Positions 10,729 to 20,795 of a stretch of DNA of 64,000 nucleotides are shown one piece after another. A program made the translations under genes and the position numbers. The notes beneath the pieces were generated by a model, which did not search any database, was not told the DNA's origin, and saw only the letters and a program-made list of their open reading frames with translations. The stretch spans positions 928,001-992,000 of the forward strand of contig OZ240245.1 in the NCBI GenBank assembly GCA_965198175.1, written 5' to 3'. Numbering within the stretch: position 1 is the stretch's first letter; every line of letters begins with the position of its first letter. The stretch is from Candidatus Poribacteria bacterium (lineage in GTDB: Bacteria; Poribacteria; WGA-4E; PCPOR2b).

Positions 10729-11460
10729 TTACTTCGCCTTTACCCGCTCGCTCAGTTCCGCCAGCCTGCGCTTGCACTCGTTCTGAGCCTCCGTAAGACC
10801 ATTTGGTGTCGCATCATTCTGGTCCAGATAGTTGAGCACGACGGCTTCTGCGGCGGCGAACTCGGCGCAGCAGTCAACCACCTCGCTGGCAATTTCGTTC
10901 GGGATTGTTGTGATGCCGTTGCAGTCACCGTAGAGAAGATCGCCGGGCACTATGGTGATGCCGCCCACATGGACGGGTATCCCGATGGCGGCAGTGTAGC
11001 CGTATCCGTGGGAAGAAATCGCGCCGTTGGTAAAGGCAGGAAAGTCGAGCGCCCGTACCTGATCGAGATCCCGTCCAGAACCGCTGGTCACGATTCCCAC
11101 AACGCCGAAGGTCTTGTACGACTTACACATGATATCGCCGAATGTCGCCGCTACCTTCGGCTCATCTAAGTCTTGGTACACCACCACAGCCGGCCCGGGC
11201 AGCACCTCAAAACTCTCCAATTGCTCCTCCAAACTCACCTGCGGGTCCCCTGCCCCCGGATCGCTTGCACACCGCCGCATCGCCGTAGAGGCGTACCCGA
11301 CCATCGGCGCCATCTCTGGGAAACAACACTTTATATGTTCGTTCATATAACCCACGTCTCGAGGACGCACATCGAATAGCTCGATGACGTTGCACACCGT
11401 TGGCGAGTCGTACTGCTTTAGCTGCTCTATCTCCTCTTTGGATAGTCCTTTGTTCGGCAT
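10729..11460 (-). CDS. RraA/HMG aldolase family protein
   Basis: PMVGYAST, ATFGDIM, G.GRD, VGGITIVPGDLLYGDCNGITTIP. Confidence 0.85.
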   Translation of the reverse strand: MPNKGLSKEEIEQLKQYDSPTVCNVIELFDVRPRDVGYMNEHIKCCFPEMAPMVGYASTAMRRCASDPGAGDPQVSLEEQLESFEVLPGPAVVVYQDLDEPKVAATFGDIMCKSYKTFGVVGIVTSGSGRDLDQVRALDFPAFTNGAISSHGYGYTAAIGIPVHVGGITIVPGDLLYGDCNGITTIPNEIASEVVDCCAEFAAAEAVVLNYLDQNDATPNGLTEAQNECKRRLAELSERVKAK

Positions 11461-11505
11461 TTTAGCCCTCCTGTTTCAATGTTAGTATGGATATTGGTCC
11501 TAGCG

Positions 11506-12352
11506 TCACTGCTGATCATACCATTTGGGATGTGTTCCATCAACATCTGTAAAACCGTACTCATCTGCCAGATTCTCTGCCCTCGTCACTTTTCCGGATT
11601 TATCCATCACATTTCGGTCAGTCGCAAGGGCAGCCACAGCCCGTCCAGCGAATTCTACCGATGCTGTTTTGTGGTATTCCTCCTTACTCGGCGCACTATT
11701 GGGGGGTATGCTATTCATCACCGCTTGTGTGCGTGTCCATCCGAGACCTAATGCAACCACTGCGATGTTGTACGCACGCAGGTCAACTGCCATTCCGGAG
11801 GCGATGCGGTTAATCGTGGCTTTGGCTATCTCGTAAAACAAGAAATCGCCCGTATATTCCCCGACATCTAGGGTGGTGTTGGCAATAAGCCCTTTACGTT
11901 GGGATAGTATCAGACGGACGGCAAAATAACTCGTTGCCATTGTTGACCACACGCCCGCTGAGTGCATTTTGTTCCAACGTTTAATCGACCATTCCCAGAA
12001 CGGTCAGTAAAAGGCACCATCGTGCTCTTCGTAGCCGCCCCACGCATTGTTAACCAAGATGTCGAGCTGACCGTGCTCACGTTTGACACGTTCAAATAAC
12101 GCTTCAACCTCCGCCTCGATAGTGTGGTCACAGCGTTCGGGTATACCCAACACCGCCCCGCTCGTTAATTTGCTCCGCTGTGTCATGGACGGTAGTATTG
12201 GGCAACTCTCGCCTAGTTGATGCGCCTCTAACACTTCTGCCGGTAACATAGACCGTTGCGCCTGCTTCCCCCAGTACCAGGGCAACACCACGACCGACAC
12301 CCCGACTCGCTCCTGTAACCACAGCTATCTTCCCTTTCAAGTCTTGCATCAT
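11506..12352 (-). pseudogene. SDR oxidoreductase (DHRS1-like), disrupted
   Basis: TGASRGVGRG and LDILVNNAWGG motifs; extra base in a G run near 12147 shifts the frame; in-frame TGA at 12006-12004; YEIAK motif follows. Confidence 0.8.
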
Positions 12353-12775
12353 CTGCCTCCAATGCAAAGAAACTGGTTATCAAACAACTTTTTCAGTTAT
12401 CCAGCAGAATCAGAGATGTCCTACTCCCGTCCGCTGCCGTTATAGCTAAGGGGTGGGCGCTTTGCACCCTAGCGAACTCGACAACTGGTACCGATAGATT
12501 GGTACCGGGCTAAGTGAGAAAGTCGAATATTATAGGAATAGCCATATTATAACACAACGACCGAAGCGGAGGACAAAAAGATGAGGATTGTTCGATTAAG
12601 GCTTGCTTGCCATTACCTGTTTAGGAACAGTAAAGGTGGGAAATGTGGATGTCGTTAGCGGGTTTATAATCACACGGGGGGCTTGATCCGAGAAACGAAT
12701 TGACCGGATTTACAAAATCGTCTATACTTCTATAATGTACCTAAGCATTTGCCAATACACAGGAGGAGATTGATT

Positions 12776-13507
12776 ATGACAGCAAACGGACCTGTACCGA
12801 AAGCCCGTTCTGAAGGTCGTGGCCCCACAATCTGGCTCGCCGGTACCCCCGAAGAACTGGATGCATGGATGCCGCTGGGAATTGCCGGAATTGTCACCAA
12901 CACCGTAGTGCTGAACCAGTACGCCAAGCCCTACGGTTCGGTCATTGCCCTGATTAAAGAGTACCTCGCCATAACTGACAAACCTGTGGTCGTGGAAATC
13001 GACGGGCACACAGTCGAGGAATTGCTCGCGGTTGGGAAGGTTTTCACCGATGTATCAGATCAAATTATCCTGAAAATCCCCTGCTCGGTAAACGGGCTTA
13101 AAGCCTTCAGCATCCTCAAGAAAGACGGAATCGAAACTTTCTGCACGACCGTCTTCTCCTTGACCCAAGCCGCAGCCGTCGCTCAAGCTGGCGTCGATCA
13201 CATCCTGCCGTTCTGCGATCCGGTCAAGGCAGTGGGCGGCAACCCGACCCAACTGATACGTGAATGCGCACAGATGTTTAGCGGATGGGAGCAGCGCCCC
13301 TTTATCATGGCGGCGCTGGTCCGTTCAGTGGAAACGGCGCGCGCGGCTTTCCGTGATGGCGCCGATGAGCTCGTCACAATGTGGACGGTCTACCGTGAGA
13401 TGCTGGAGCACCCGCTAACCGAGCAATGGAACAAAATCTTCATGGACGAGTGGGTGGATATGCACAAGAACGGGTTGCTGGAAGGCGTGCCGGTCACACT
13501 CAGTTGA
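12776..13507 (+). CDS. Transaldolase/fructose-6-phosphate aldolase family protein, atypical
   Basis: RBS AGGAGG; GIVTN, ILKIP (Schiff-base Lys), TVFSLTQA..AAQAG, HPLT. Confidence 0.8.
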   Translation: MTANGPVPKARSEGRGPTIWLAGTPEELDAWMPLGIAGIVTNTVVLNQYAKPYGSVIALIKEYLAITDKPVVVEIDGHTVEELLAVGKVFTDVSDQIILKIPCSVNGLKAFSILKKDGIETFCTTVFSLTQAAAVAQAGVDHILPFCDPVKAVGGNPTQLIRECAQMFSGWEQRPFIMAALVRSVETARAAFRDGADELVTMWTVYREMLEHPLTEQWNKIFMDEWVDMHKNGLLEGVPVTLS

Positions 13508-13536
13508 ACCGGGATACCGAATTATCTCGCACGACA

Positions 13537-14571
13537 TCAAAGGGTGCTGGATGACGACGTGAGACAACTTTCACGGGGAATAACGCCGATTCCCGGTCGA
13601 TCGGGGAGGATGAGTTTCCCTGCCTCAAGCGTCATGCCAGCATAAGGATCGTTCGCAATGAGAAGATGTCCATCAAGGTCTGCGTAATCGACGAGCGGAG
13701 TGAGCTGTGCAGCCGCCGTGATGCCAAGCGAACTCTCGATCATGCAGCCAATCATGACCTGTAGACCGTGGGTGCGTGCGACATGAATCATACGCACCGC
13801 TTCGAGCAGACCGCCGCATTTAGTCAACTTAATATTAATCCCGTCAACACAACCCTGAAGCGCGGGAATATCGGCAGCGCGTTTGACGCTTTCATCGGCG
13901 ATGATGGGGACATCTACGTGTTCTCTGACAAATTTCAGCCCCTCCAAATCGTCGGCGCTTGTCGGTTGTTCGATGAGTTCAATCCCGTAAGGGACGAGCT
14001 CTCGGATTTTACGGACCGCTGCTTTGGGCGTCCACGCAGTGTTTGCATCGACATAGATCGGCTTATCCGTGGCTTCACGGATAGCGCGCATAATCTGGAG
14101 GTCGTGTGGAGTGCCGAGCTTAACCTTGAGGATGGGGTAACCCTGCGCCTCATGCGCTTTTCGTCCCATAATCTTCGGTTCGTCCAACCCAATTGTAAAT
14201 GCGGTGTGTGGCGTCGCATTGGGATCGAGCCCCCACAACCGATGAAGCGGCACACCTAACCTCTTGCCGAGCCGATCATGTAACGCCATATCAATTGCGC
14301 ACTTTGCCGCATAATTCCCGCGTAAGGTAGACTCCAACCTACCCATAACGGCTTGGATGGCATCAAGGTTATCATCAAGGCTCGAATCGAAAATTTCAAG
14401 AGCCGTCTGAACCGTCTCGACAGTTTCACCGTAGAAACGAGCCGGTGCAGCTTCGCCAAGACCGCCTTCAATCTCGACTGAGATGACCTCACGAAACCGA
14501 TCAGAGTCCCGCCGGGAGATCTTGAACGGATGGACTAGTTGAAGGTCTGTGACGCTATGCCGGATGTTCAT
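13537..14571 (-). CDS. L-Ala-D/L-Glu dipeptide epimerase (enolase superfamily)
   Basis: PFKISR, GEAAP, LKVKLG, VDAN, IEQP, IADES, INIKL.KCGG, GCMIES, DLDG. Confidence 0.92.
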   Translation of the reverse strand: MNIRHSVTDLQLVHPFKISRRDSDRFREVISVEIEGGLGEAAPARFYGETVETVQTALEIFDSSLDDNLDAIQAVMGRLESTLRGNYAAKCAIDMALHDRLGKRLGVPLHRLWGLDPNATPHTAFTIGLDEPKIMGRKAHEAQGYPILKVKLGTPHDLQIMRAIREATDKPIYVDANTAWTPKAAVRKIRELVPYGIELIEQPTSADDLEGLKFVREHVDVPIIADESVKRAADIPALQGCVDGINIKLTKCGGLLEAVRMIHVARTHGLQVMIGCMIESSLGITAAAQLTPLVDYADLDGHLLIANDPYAGMTLEAGKLILPDRPGIGVIPRESCLTSSSSTL

Positions 14572-14738
14572 GGTGTTGAGGCGTAAAGGGGTGGTTTTTG
14601 TAGGATGCGGTGATGGTGACATCTAATAGCGAAAGAATTTAGAATGCAAATTCCAATTTTAGCACACCGTAAGGTTATCTTGCAATCACTAATTTTCTCG
14701 CATCGGATTTGAGAATTGATAGACCGAGGCGAAAAAGT

Positions 14739-14764
14739 GGTAGAAAAAATCGTGGAACGGTGTC
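14739..14764 (+). promoter_or_regulatory. ECF-type promoter of sigma copy 1 (GGTAGA-16-TGTC)
   Basis: Bipartite motif with upstream A-tract conserved before all array genes. Confidence 0.7.
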
Positions 14765-14796
14765 TTTATTTAGGTACAAGAGAGGAATAGACCATA

Positions 14797-16266
14797 GTGA
14801 TCAGTAAGGACGATACAATTTCTCGCGCACAATCTGGGGACGAAGGTGCATTTGTCGACCTGATGCGGGCGCATTATGCCTTCGTTTACGCGGTTGTAAT
14901 CGGAATCGTGGACAATCCCCAAGACGCCGAAGAAATTGTACAAGACACCTTTCTCAACGCCTATCGCGGTTTGCCGGACCTTGAGGATACAAAAAAATTC
15001 AAAAACTGGCTGGCAAAAATTGCACGAAATCGTGCGCTAAACTGGCTGCGAGAGCAACGGCTTCTTACCGTATCCATCAATGAAGTGAGCGAACACACAC
15101 TTCCACCTTCGGACGCACCCGATGAACAGTTGATTCACCGTGAACAGAGGGAACTAATTCGCCGTGCAATAGAGACGCTCTCGCCAAAGGAGCGGGAGGT
15201 CGCCCAATCGTACTATCTTGAAGGATCAAGCTACGATGAATTGACAAGGACACACGGGCTGTCGTATAAAGCGATTTCGGTTCGGCTCTCGCGCGCCAAA
15301 CAGAAACTCGCCAAGCGGTTGGGTCATCTGCTCACTGGTGTGTTCGTTTCTCCGATAACCTCACTCAAACAGATTTGTTCAGGAGGACAAACGGTCATGA
15401 AAGTTGGAACAGTTCCCAAAATCACTGCCGGTGCAGTAGCCATCATTGCACTCGTCCTCATCGGGACACGCCAGTTCATATCGTCGAAAGAGGATTCGTC
15501 TCCGTCGGTTGAAATTGTAACATCAACTGAATCCACAAACTCGGTCGGTCAAACGGACGCTACTCGTAAGAACGTGCTCACCGCACCCTCACGTGAAGAT
15601 AAGCCGCAAATCTCCGCAGAGGAGATGGAGCAGATTGAGGACTTCTTCGCCCAACTCGAAGAGGAAGACGCACAATCGGGTGTGGATACATCCCAACTAT
15701 CGTCAGAATCGGAAACCGAATCCAACACAGCCGACACCAATTCTTCCAGCGGCAGCACAGGCTTATCTGCGGAACAGGTCATGCACGCCTATGTCGAGAG
15801 ATTACAGAATCTTGATTTTGAGGCTGTATTTCCGTTGGTGACAGGAGATGCCAGACGATGGGTTGAAGGACAGTCGCGTAGTTTGAACAGAAAGATACCT
15901 GAAGAAGAGCGAGAGTTTATGTTACAGAATCTCCTAAAAAAACTGGAATCAGATGAAGAGATGCCGAAAGTGGCGATAGAAATGATAGTTCAAGAATTTC
16001 GTCGTAAAATGCAACCATCGGAGCAGGAGAGAAAGAACCGAGCAAATCTGGAACGCAGGTTTGGTCAGGTAGAGGTTGTGAGTAACGAATATGTCGGCGA
16101 TGAATTCCACTTCCGCTTGAGAACGTCAGGTCCGCCGCTGCCGAACCAACTACCGGATGACGCTAAAAGTTTTATTCCGAAATACATAGATGCACTCGTC
16201 AAAATGCAAAAAGTCGATGGATCATGGCAGATTTATGAGAGTGAAGACGAGGTGGTCTATCACTAA
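14797..16266 (+). CDS. Membrane-tethered ECF sigma factor, copy 1
   Basis: DAEEIVQDTFL, WLAKIARN, sigma4 HTH, TM helix, QISAEEMEQIEDFFAQLE linker, C-terminal alpha/beta domain. Confidence 0.92.
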   Translation: MISKDDTISRAQSGDEGAFVDLMRAHYAFVYAVVIGIVDNPQDAEEIVQDTFLNAYRGLPDLEDTKKFKNWLAKIARNRALNWLREQRLLTVSINEVSEHTLPPSDAPDEQLIHREQRELIRRAIETLSPKEREVAQSYYLEGSSYDELTRTHGLSYKAISVRLSRAKQKLAKRLGHLLTGVFVSPITSLKQICSGGQTVMKVGTVPKITAGAVAIIALVLIGTRQFISSKEDSSPSVEIVTSTESTNSVGQTDATRKNVLTAPSREDKPQISAEEMEQIEDFFAQLEEEDAQSGVDTSQLSSESETESNTADTNSSSGSTGLSAEQVMHAYVERLQNLDFEAVFPLVTGDARRWVEGQSRSLNRKIPEEEREFMLQNLLKKLESDEEMPKVAIEMIVQEFRRKMQPSEQERKNRANLERRFGQVEVVSNEYVGDEFHFRLRTSGPPLPNQLPDDAKSFIPKYIDALVKMQKVDGSWQIYESEDEVVYH

Positions 16267-16294
16267 CCCGAGTCCCCAACCCGCAAACTTCACG

Positions 16295-16325
16295 AGGCGA
16301 ATGGTTCAATCCATTCGCTTTTTTT
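16295..16325 (+). terminator. Array terminator GCGAATGG-loop-CCATTCGC-Tn
   Basis: GC stem plus T tract; 7 copies in the array. Confidence 0.85.
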
Positions 16326-16347
16326 ATTGATTTGCCCAAAAAAAACT

Positions 16348-16373
16348 GGTAAGGTATTTCTCTGAATTTGGTC
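16348..16373 (+). promoter_or_regulatory. ECF-type promoter GGTAAG-16-GGTC upstream of the OMP gene
   Basis: Closely similar to the promoter of sigma copy 2. Confidence 0.65.
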
Positions 16374-16441
16374 ATTAATTATAGCCCAAGTTCTAATCTC
16401 AGAACGAATAGAACACGGATCATGCCAAAGGGAGGTGCCAG

Positions 16442-18115
16442 ATGATACGCCTAAATCTCCTCTTCCTTCCGCTTTTAATGCTTGTGCTTGGTGTTACGGT
16501 GAACGCACAACCACAAACCTTGTCCACGCGGTTTCGGACCGCCGAGGGTAAACCAATTCACGAGGTCCGGATTCAGGGAAATCAGAATATCACCGAGGCG
16601 CAGATTCGAACTGCTCTTGAAAACGGACCCGAGGATATCGTAAAAGCGATTGCAACCTTGCCTTTCCCCGATTTGAATCGGGTCATCCTAAAAATTAAGG
16701 ATGACGGTGCTAGGCGTGTCGCAACAATTATCGTCGTAACTCAACCGGATAAGCGGATTTCGCCAACCACACCAACGACGTGGTTTCGGACTGCCGAGGG
16801 TGAACCGATTCACGAAATCCGGATTCGAGGAAATAAGAAAATTACCGAGGAGGAGATTCGAGCTGGTCTTGAATACGGACCTGAGGACATCAGCAAGGCG
16901 ATTGATAACTTGACGGACTTTCTGCCCTATTTTAGTCGGGTCACCTTAGAGTATGCGAATGACGCCACGAAGTCCGTTGCGATAATTACCGTCACGGAGA
17001 AAGCGCTCTCTTCAGACTATTATCTCCGTCCAGCTCCGCTCATTCGGTTTAATCGTGTCACCGGATGGCTGCTTGCTGCTCGCCTTGAACTGGGGAGGCG
17101 GAAGGAGCTGGGACCACTCTGGATGTGGAACATCCCTAGCTCGGTTAGAGCGTATCTGCCAAAACTCTTTGGAGAAGTTGGCTACGGGTTCGGAAATCGG
17201 TATCTCAATTATGTGGTGGGCGGGGATGCGATCCGGGGTCAACCCGACAACTGGAATGTGGGCGTCACGGCTCAAATCCATCGCGCCACAACCGTCGTCG
17301 CTCCGGATCTCTTCCCGCGCTATGACAGTGGATGGTACGTCTATTATAGCGTTGTGGGTCTGACTCAGCTTCATAACTACTATTTGAGAGAAGGGGTTGA
17401 GGTATCGTTTCGATGGGAACCGCGGGTGCCCACGCATTCGCTCAAATTGACGATGCGTGCCGAATCACACGAGAGCCTGCAAAAAACCACGGATTGGCAT
17501 CTCTACAATTGGGATTCAAAACCGGAGGCGAGAGAAAATCCACCGATAAACCCCGGTCGGCTGCGGAGTGTCATGTTTAGATACGATTTGAATACCCGGA
17601 AAAACAGTAACCTCGGTTGGCACAATACCCTGCTCGTCGAGCACAGCAGCCCCGCTATCGGTTCCGATTTTGACTTTACGCGGTTTCAGCTACACCTGCG
17701 ATATGCGGTGTCGAAAGGCAAGAATATCGTCCGCACACGTTTGATGTTGGGCTTTGCCATGGATGCACTGCCGATTCAACGCCAATTTGTTCTGGGAGGA
17801 CCTGGACTCTTGAACGGATATCCACTCTATGCGTTTGCAGGCGACCACGGTGCCCTACTCAATATGGAATATATGTACCGTCTATCAAGTCTTTACCATT
17901 GGGAGTTTCTGAAAGAGTCGTTCATCGTGTTGTCCCTTAATGAAGCGCAAGTATGGAATACATCTGATAAACCGTACCGCTTTGACCCGAAGGCAGATGC
18001 CGGCATCGGTTTACAGTTCTTGGAGCGCGTTCCTGTTTTCAGAATGAACTTTTTCAAACCCCTTGAATCTGGGCGAGGAGTTCAATTCGTTGCAACGTGG
18101 TTTTACCGGTTTTAG
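16442..18115 (+). CDS. Omp85/TamA-like outer-membrane protein with two POTRA-like repeats
   Basis: Signal peptide; duplicated FRTAEG.PIHE.RI.GN..ITE..IR unit; LNGY..YAFAGD motif; C-terminal aromatic ATWFYRF. Confidence 0.75.
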   Translation: MIRLNLLFLPLLMLVLGVTVNAQPQTLSTRFRTAEGKPIHEVRIQGNQNITEAQIRTALENGPEDIVKAIATLPFPDLNRVILKIKDDGARRVATIIVVTQPDKRISPTTPTTWFRTAEGEPIHEIRIRGNKKITEEEIRAGLEYGPEDISKAIDNLTDFLPYFSRVTLEYANDATKSVAIITVTEKALSSDYYLRPAPLIRFNRVTGWLLAARLELGRRKELGPLWMWNIPSSVRAYLPKLFGEVGYGFGNRYLNYVVGGDAIRGQPDNWNVGVTAQIHRATTVVAPDLFPRYDSGWYVYYSVVGLTQLHNYYLREGVEVSFRWEPRVPTHSLKLTMRAESHESLQKTTDWHLYNWDSKPEARENPPINPGRLRSVMFRYDLNTRKNSNLGWHNTLLVEHSSPAIGSDFDFTRFQLHLRYAVSKGKNIVRTRLMLGFAMDALPIQRQFVLGGPGLLNGYPLYAFAGDHGALLNMEYMYRLSSLYHWEFLKESFIVLSLNEAQVWNTSDKPYRFDPKADAGIGLQFLERVPVFRMNFFKPLESGRGVQFVATWFYRF

Positions 18116-18217
18116 AGGGAGAATCAGGTGCGGTGATACACAAACCGAGCACTACCTATCACTTTGGGTTTCACCTTATCTTTGTGCTAACGGTTGTACC
18201 CCTGCAGATTCGGAATC

Positions 18218-18247
18218 AGGCGAACGGTTCAATCCATCCGCCGTTTT
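18218..18247 (+). terminator. Degenerate copy of the array terminator
   Basis: AGGCGAACGGTTCAATCCATCCGCCGTTTT, two stem mismatches. Confidence 0.55.
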
Positions 18248-18270
18248 CATTGATCGCTCCCGAAAAAACT

Positions 18271-18296
18271 GGTAAGATATTTCTCCGGATGTTGTC
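18271..18296 (+). promoter_or_regulatory. ECF-type promoter of sigma copy 2 (GGTAAG-16-TGTC)
   Basis: Bipartite motif, A-tract upstream. Confidence 0.7.
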
Positions 18297-18316
18297 ATAA
18301 ATAATAAAGGGGGAAT

Positions 18317-19762
18317 GTGCCCGTGCTCACAGACGCAGAACTGGTTGAATCCGCACGCTCCGGCGATGAAAAGGCGTTTGAAACGCTGGTCGAGAAACAT
18401 CGTGCACGCATTGACGCGACTATCTCATCCTTTATCAAGAACCCACAAGACCGGGAAGATATCGCGCAAGAAACCTTCATCAACGCCTACCGGAATTTGC
18501 ACCAACTTGCCAACCCCGATCACTTCAGTCACTGGTTAGTCACGATTGCACGAAATCAGTGCCGGGACTGGATACGCAAGCATCGGAGCCGCACGATTCC
18601 AATTGACGAAGTGGATGAAAACCTGCTGAACTCGGATAACTCACCGGAACGTGAGTCCATTGAGGCAGAGCAACAGCAGATTATCGCTCAAGCGATAAAA
18701 GCCTTGCCAGAAACAGAGCGGCAAATCGCTTCAGCGCACTATCTCGAAGGCGAAAGCCACAGAGAGCTGGCCAACCGTCACGGCATCTCATATCAAGCCG
18801 TCTGTGTGCGGCTCTCTCGCGCCAAACAGAAACTCGCCAAGCGGTTGGGTCATCTGCTGACTGGGGTGTTCGTTTCTCCGATAACCTCACTCAAACAAAT
18901 CTACTCAGGAGGACTTGCGGTTATGAAAGTTGGAACCGTTCCCAAAATCACTGTCGGTGCCGTAGCCATCATTGTACTCGTCTTCATCGGAACACGCCAG
19001 TTCATATCGTCGAAAGAGGATTCGTCTCCGTCGGTTGAGGTTGTTACATCAGCACCAACTGAGTCCGCAAACTCGCCCGCCCAAACGGACACCACGCGAA
19101 ATGGTGCAGTCACCGCGCCCTTACCTGAAAGTAAGTCGCAAATCTCCGCAGAGGAGTTGCAGCAGATTGAGGATTTCTTCGCTCAACTTGATGAGGCGGA
19201 CACACAATCGGAGACGGATACGTCACAACAAGCAACGGACGCAGCATTAGATGAGAACACCGATGCCACCGACTCGTCTACAGCGTCAGAAAGTACAACT
19301 CAATCCGCTGAAGATGTAATGAACGCGTATCTGGAGGCGTTTCGGAATTTTGACGTTGACGCGATTCTCCCGTTATTGACAGATGCTGCCAAAAAAGAGT
19401 TTGAAAGTAGATTGCCTATACTCATGGGAGAGTTACCACAAGAGATGGTAGATATAGCTTATAATAGTGGGTTTCCAGAAGAGATGGTAGATGAGACACT
19501 TCAGATGATACGCGGGATGGTGCAACCGATACTTAGGCAGATGTTTAGTCAAGCAGAGATTGTGAGCAGAGAGTATATCGGCGATGAATTCCACTTCCGA
19601 TTACGAGTGCCGTCACCGGAAATGCCGGAGATACTAGGAATGTTGGGACGGGACATATCAGAGGTGCCGGAGACGATTGAGGTACCCGAGATGCCGGAAA
19701 TGCCCGACCTTCTTCGTAAGATGCGAAAAGAGGACGGTACATGGCAGATTTATGAGCAGTAG
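18317..19762 (+). CDS. Membrane-tethered ECF sigma factor, copy 2 (divergent sigma domain)
   Basis: DREDIAQETF, WLVTIARN; becomes near-identical to other copies from RLSRAKQKL onward. Confidence 0.92.
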   Translation: MPVLTDAELVESARSGDEKAFETLVEKHRARIDATISSFIKNPQDREDIAQETFINAYRNLHQLANPDHFSHWLVTIARNQCRDWIRKHRSRTIPIDEVDENLLNSDNSPERESIEAEQQQIIAQAIKALPETERQIASAHYLEGESHRELANRHGISYQAVCVRLSRAKQKLAKRLGHLLTGVFVSPITSLKQIYSGGLAVMKVGTVPKITVGAVAIIVLVFIGTRQFISSKEDSSPSVEVVTSAPTESANSPAQTDTTRNGAVTAPLPESKSQISAEELQQIEDFFAQLDEADTQSETDTSQQATDAALDENTDATDSSTASESTTQSAEDVMNAYLEAFRNFDVDAILPLLTDAAKKEFESRLPILMGELPQEMVDIAYNSGFPEEMVDETLQMIRGMVQPILRQMFSQAEIVSREYIGDEFHFRLRVPSPEMPEILGMLGRDISEVPETIEVPEMPEMPDLLRKMRKEDGTWQIYEQ

Positions 19763-19810
19763 AGTGAAGCTTCATAACTAACTCGCAACTCCACACCCCA
19801 AGACTCCATC

Positions 19811-19846
19811 AGGCGAATGGTTCAATCCATTCGCCTTTTTTCTTTT
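19811..19846 (+). terminator. Array terminator
   Basis: AGGCGAATGG-TTCAAT-CCATTCGCCT plus T tract. Confidence 0.88.
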
Positions 19847-19856
19847 CAGACAGCGA

Positions 19857-19910
19857 AAAATCTGTTATCCTGAAAATCCTTTAAACCAGTAAATCCTGAT
19901 TCAGACAGTT
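19857..19910. repeat. ~54-nt ATCCT-rich repeat, copy 1 of 4
   Basis: AAAATCTGTTATCCTGA.AATCCTTTAA.CC.GTAAATCCTGAT.CAGA.AGTT; also 23248, 26113, 27754. Confidence 0.85.
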
Positions 19911-19927
19911 AAAACAAGGAGAATAAA

Positions 19928-20734
19928 GTGATGAAAGTACCAAACCTCATGTGTATGATTTGCCTCGCTTTGATGCTCGGTCAGACAGCCAATGTACTGG
20001 CGGCGAGCGCAAAGGAACAGCTTGAAAGTTCGCCGCGGCATGGCGAATGGGTCAAAATCCCTTCGACCAAGGGGCGGAGCGTGAATGCCTTCATCGTGTT
20101 CCCCGAGATTAAAGAGAAGGCGACTTCGGTTATTGTCATTCACGAGATATTCGGACTGACCGATTGGATAAGGCTTGTCGGTGACAAACTCGCGGAGGCA
20201 GGTTTTGTCGCCATCTGCCCCGATCTGCTTTCAGGGATGGACGGCGGCGGAACAGAGAGTTTCGAGTCCGGAGACGATGTCCGCAGGGCAATTCGGAATC
20301 TCGATTCAGATCAAGTCACAGCCGATCTCAAGGCGGCGGCGAAATACCTTCGAGACCTGCCCTCGACAACGGACAAGGTAGCTGTCAGTGGGTTCTGCTG
20401 GGGCGGTGGGCAAACATTCCGGTTCGCGGCGAACGACGATACGATCGCTGGCGCGTTTGTCTTCTATGGGCCTTCACCAGCCGGTGAAGCCATCCGCAAA
20501 ATTAAATGTCCTGTCTACGGATTCTATGGCGAGCACGACAATCGGATTAACGCCGCAATCGAATCCACCAAAGCCACCGCGAACGCAGCAGGGATCAGCT
20601 ATGAGCCGGTAATCTATGCCGACGTTGGTCACGGCTTCCTCAGACGCGGGATGGCTGACGATGCAAACGATGTTGCAAAGGCAGCAGTGGGACAAGCATG
20701 GGACCGATTTGTGGAATTGCTCAAGGGGCTGTAG
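19928..20734 (+). CDS. Secreted dienelactone hydrolase family protein
   Basis: Signal peptide; IHEIFGL, GFCWGG nucleophile, YGEHD, GHGF. Confidence 0.9.
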   Translation: MMKVPNLMCMICLALMLGQTANVLAASAKEQLESSPRHGEWVKIPSTKGRSVNAFIVFPEIKEKATSVIVIHEIFGLTDWIRLVGDKLAEAGFVAICPDLLSGMDGGGTESFESGDDVRRAIRNLDSDQVTADLKAAAKYLRDLPSTTDKVAVSGFCWGGGQTFRFAANDDTIAGAFVFYGPSPAGEAIRKIKCPVYGFYGEHDNRINAAIESTKATANAAGISYEPVIYADVGHGFLRRGMADDANDVAKAAVGQAWDRFVELLKGL

Positions 20735-20795
20735 TGCAAGGCAATCGCGGGCAGGACAGACGCCGTCTCGATTCGGGAGAAAAGAGACATCAACG

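Noticed and set aside
12004..12006. In-frame TGA as selenocysteine
   Set aside because: Not an obvious catalytic Cys position in SDRs, and the gene also has a frameshift.
12420..12530. Hairpin-rich intergenic segment (GGTACC...GGTACC, GCTAAGGGGTG...CACCCTAGC) as a riboswitch
   Set aside because: No match to a riboswitch consensus I recognise; needs an Rfam search.
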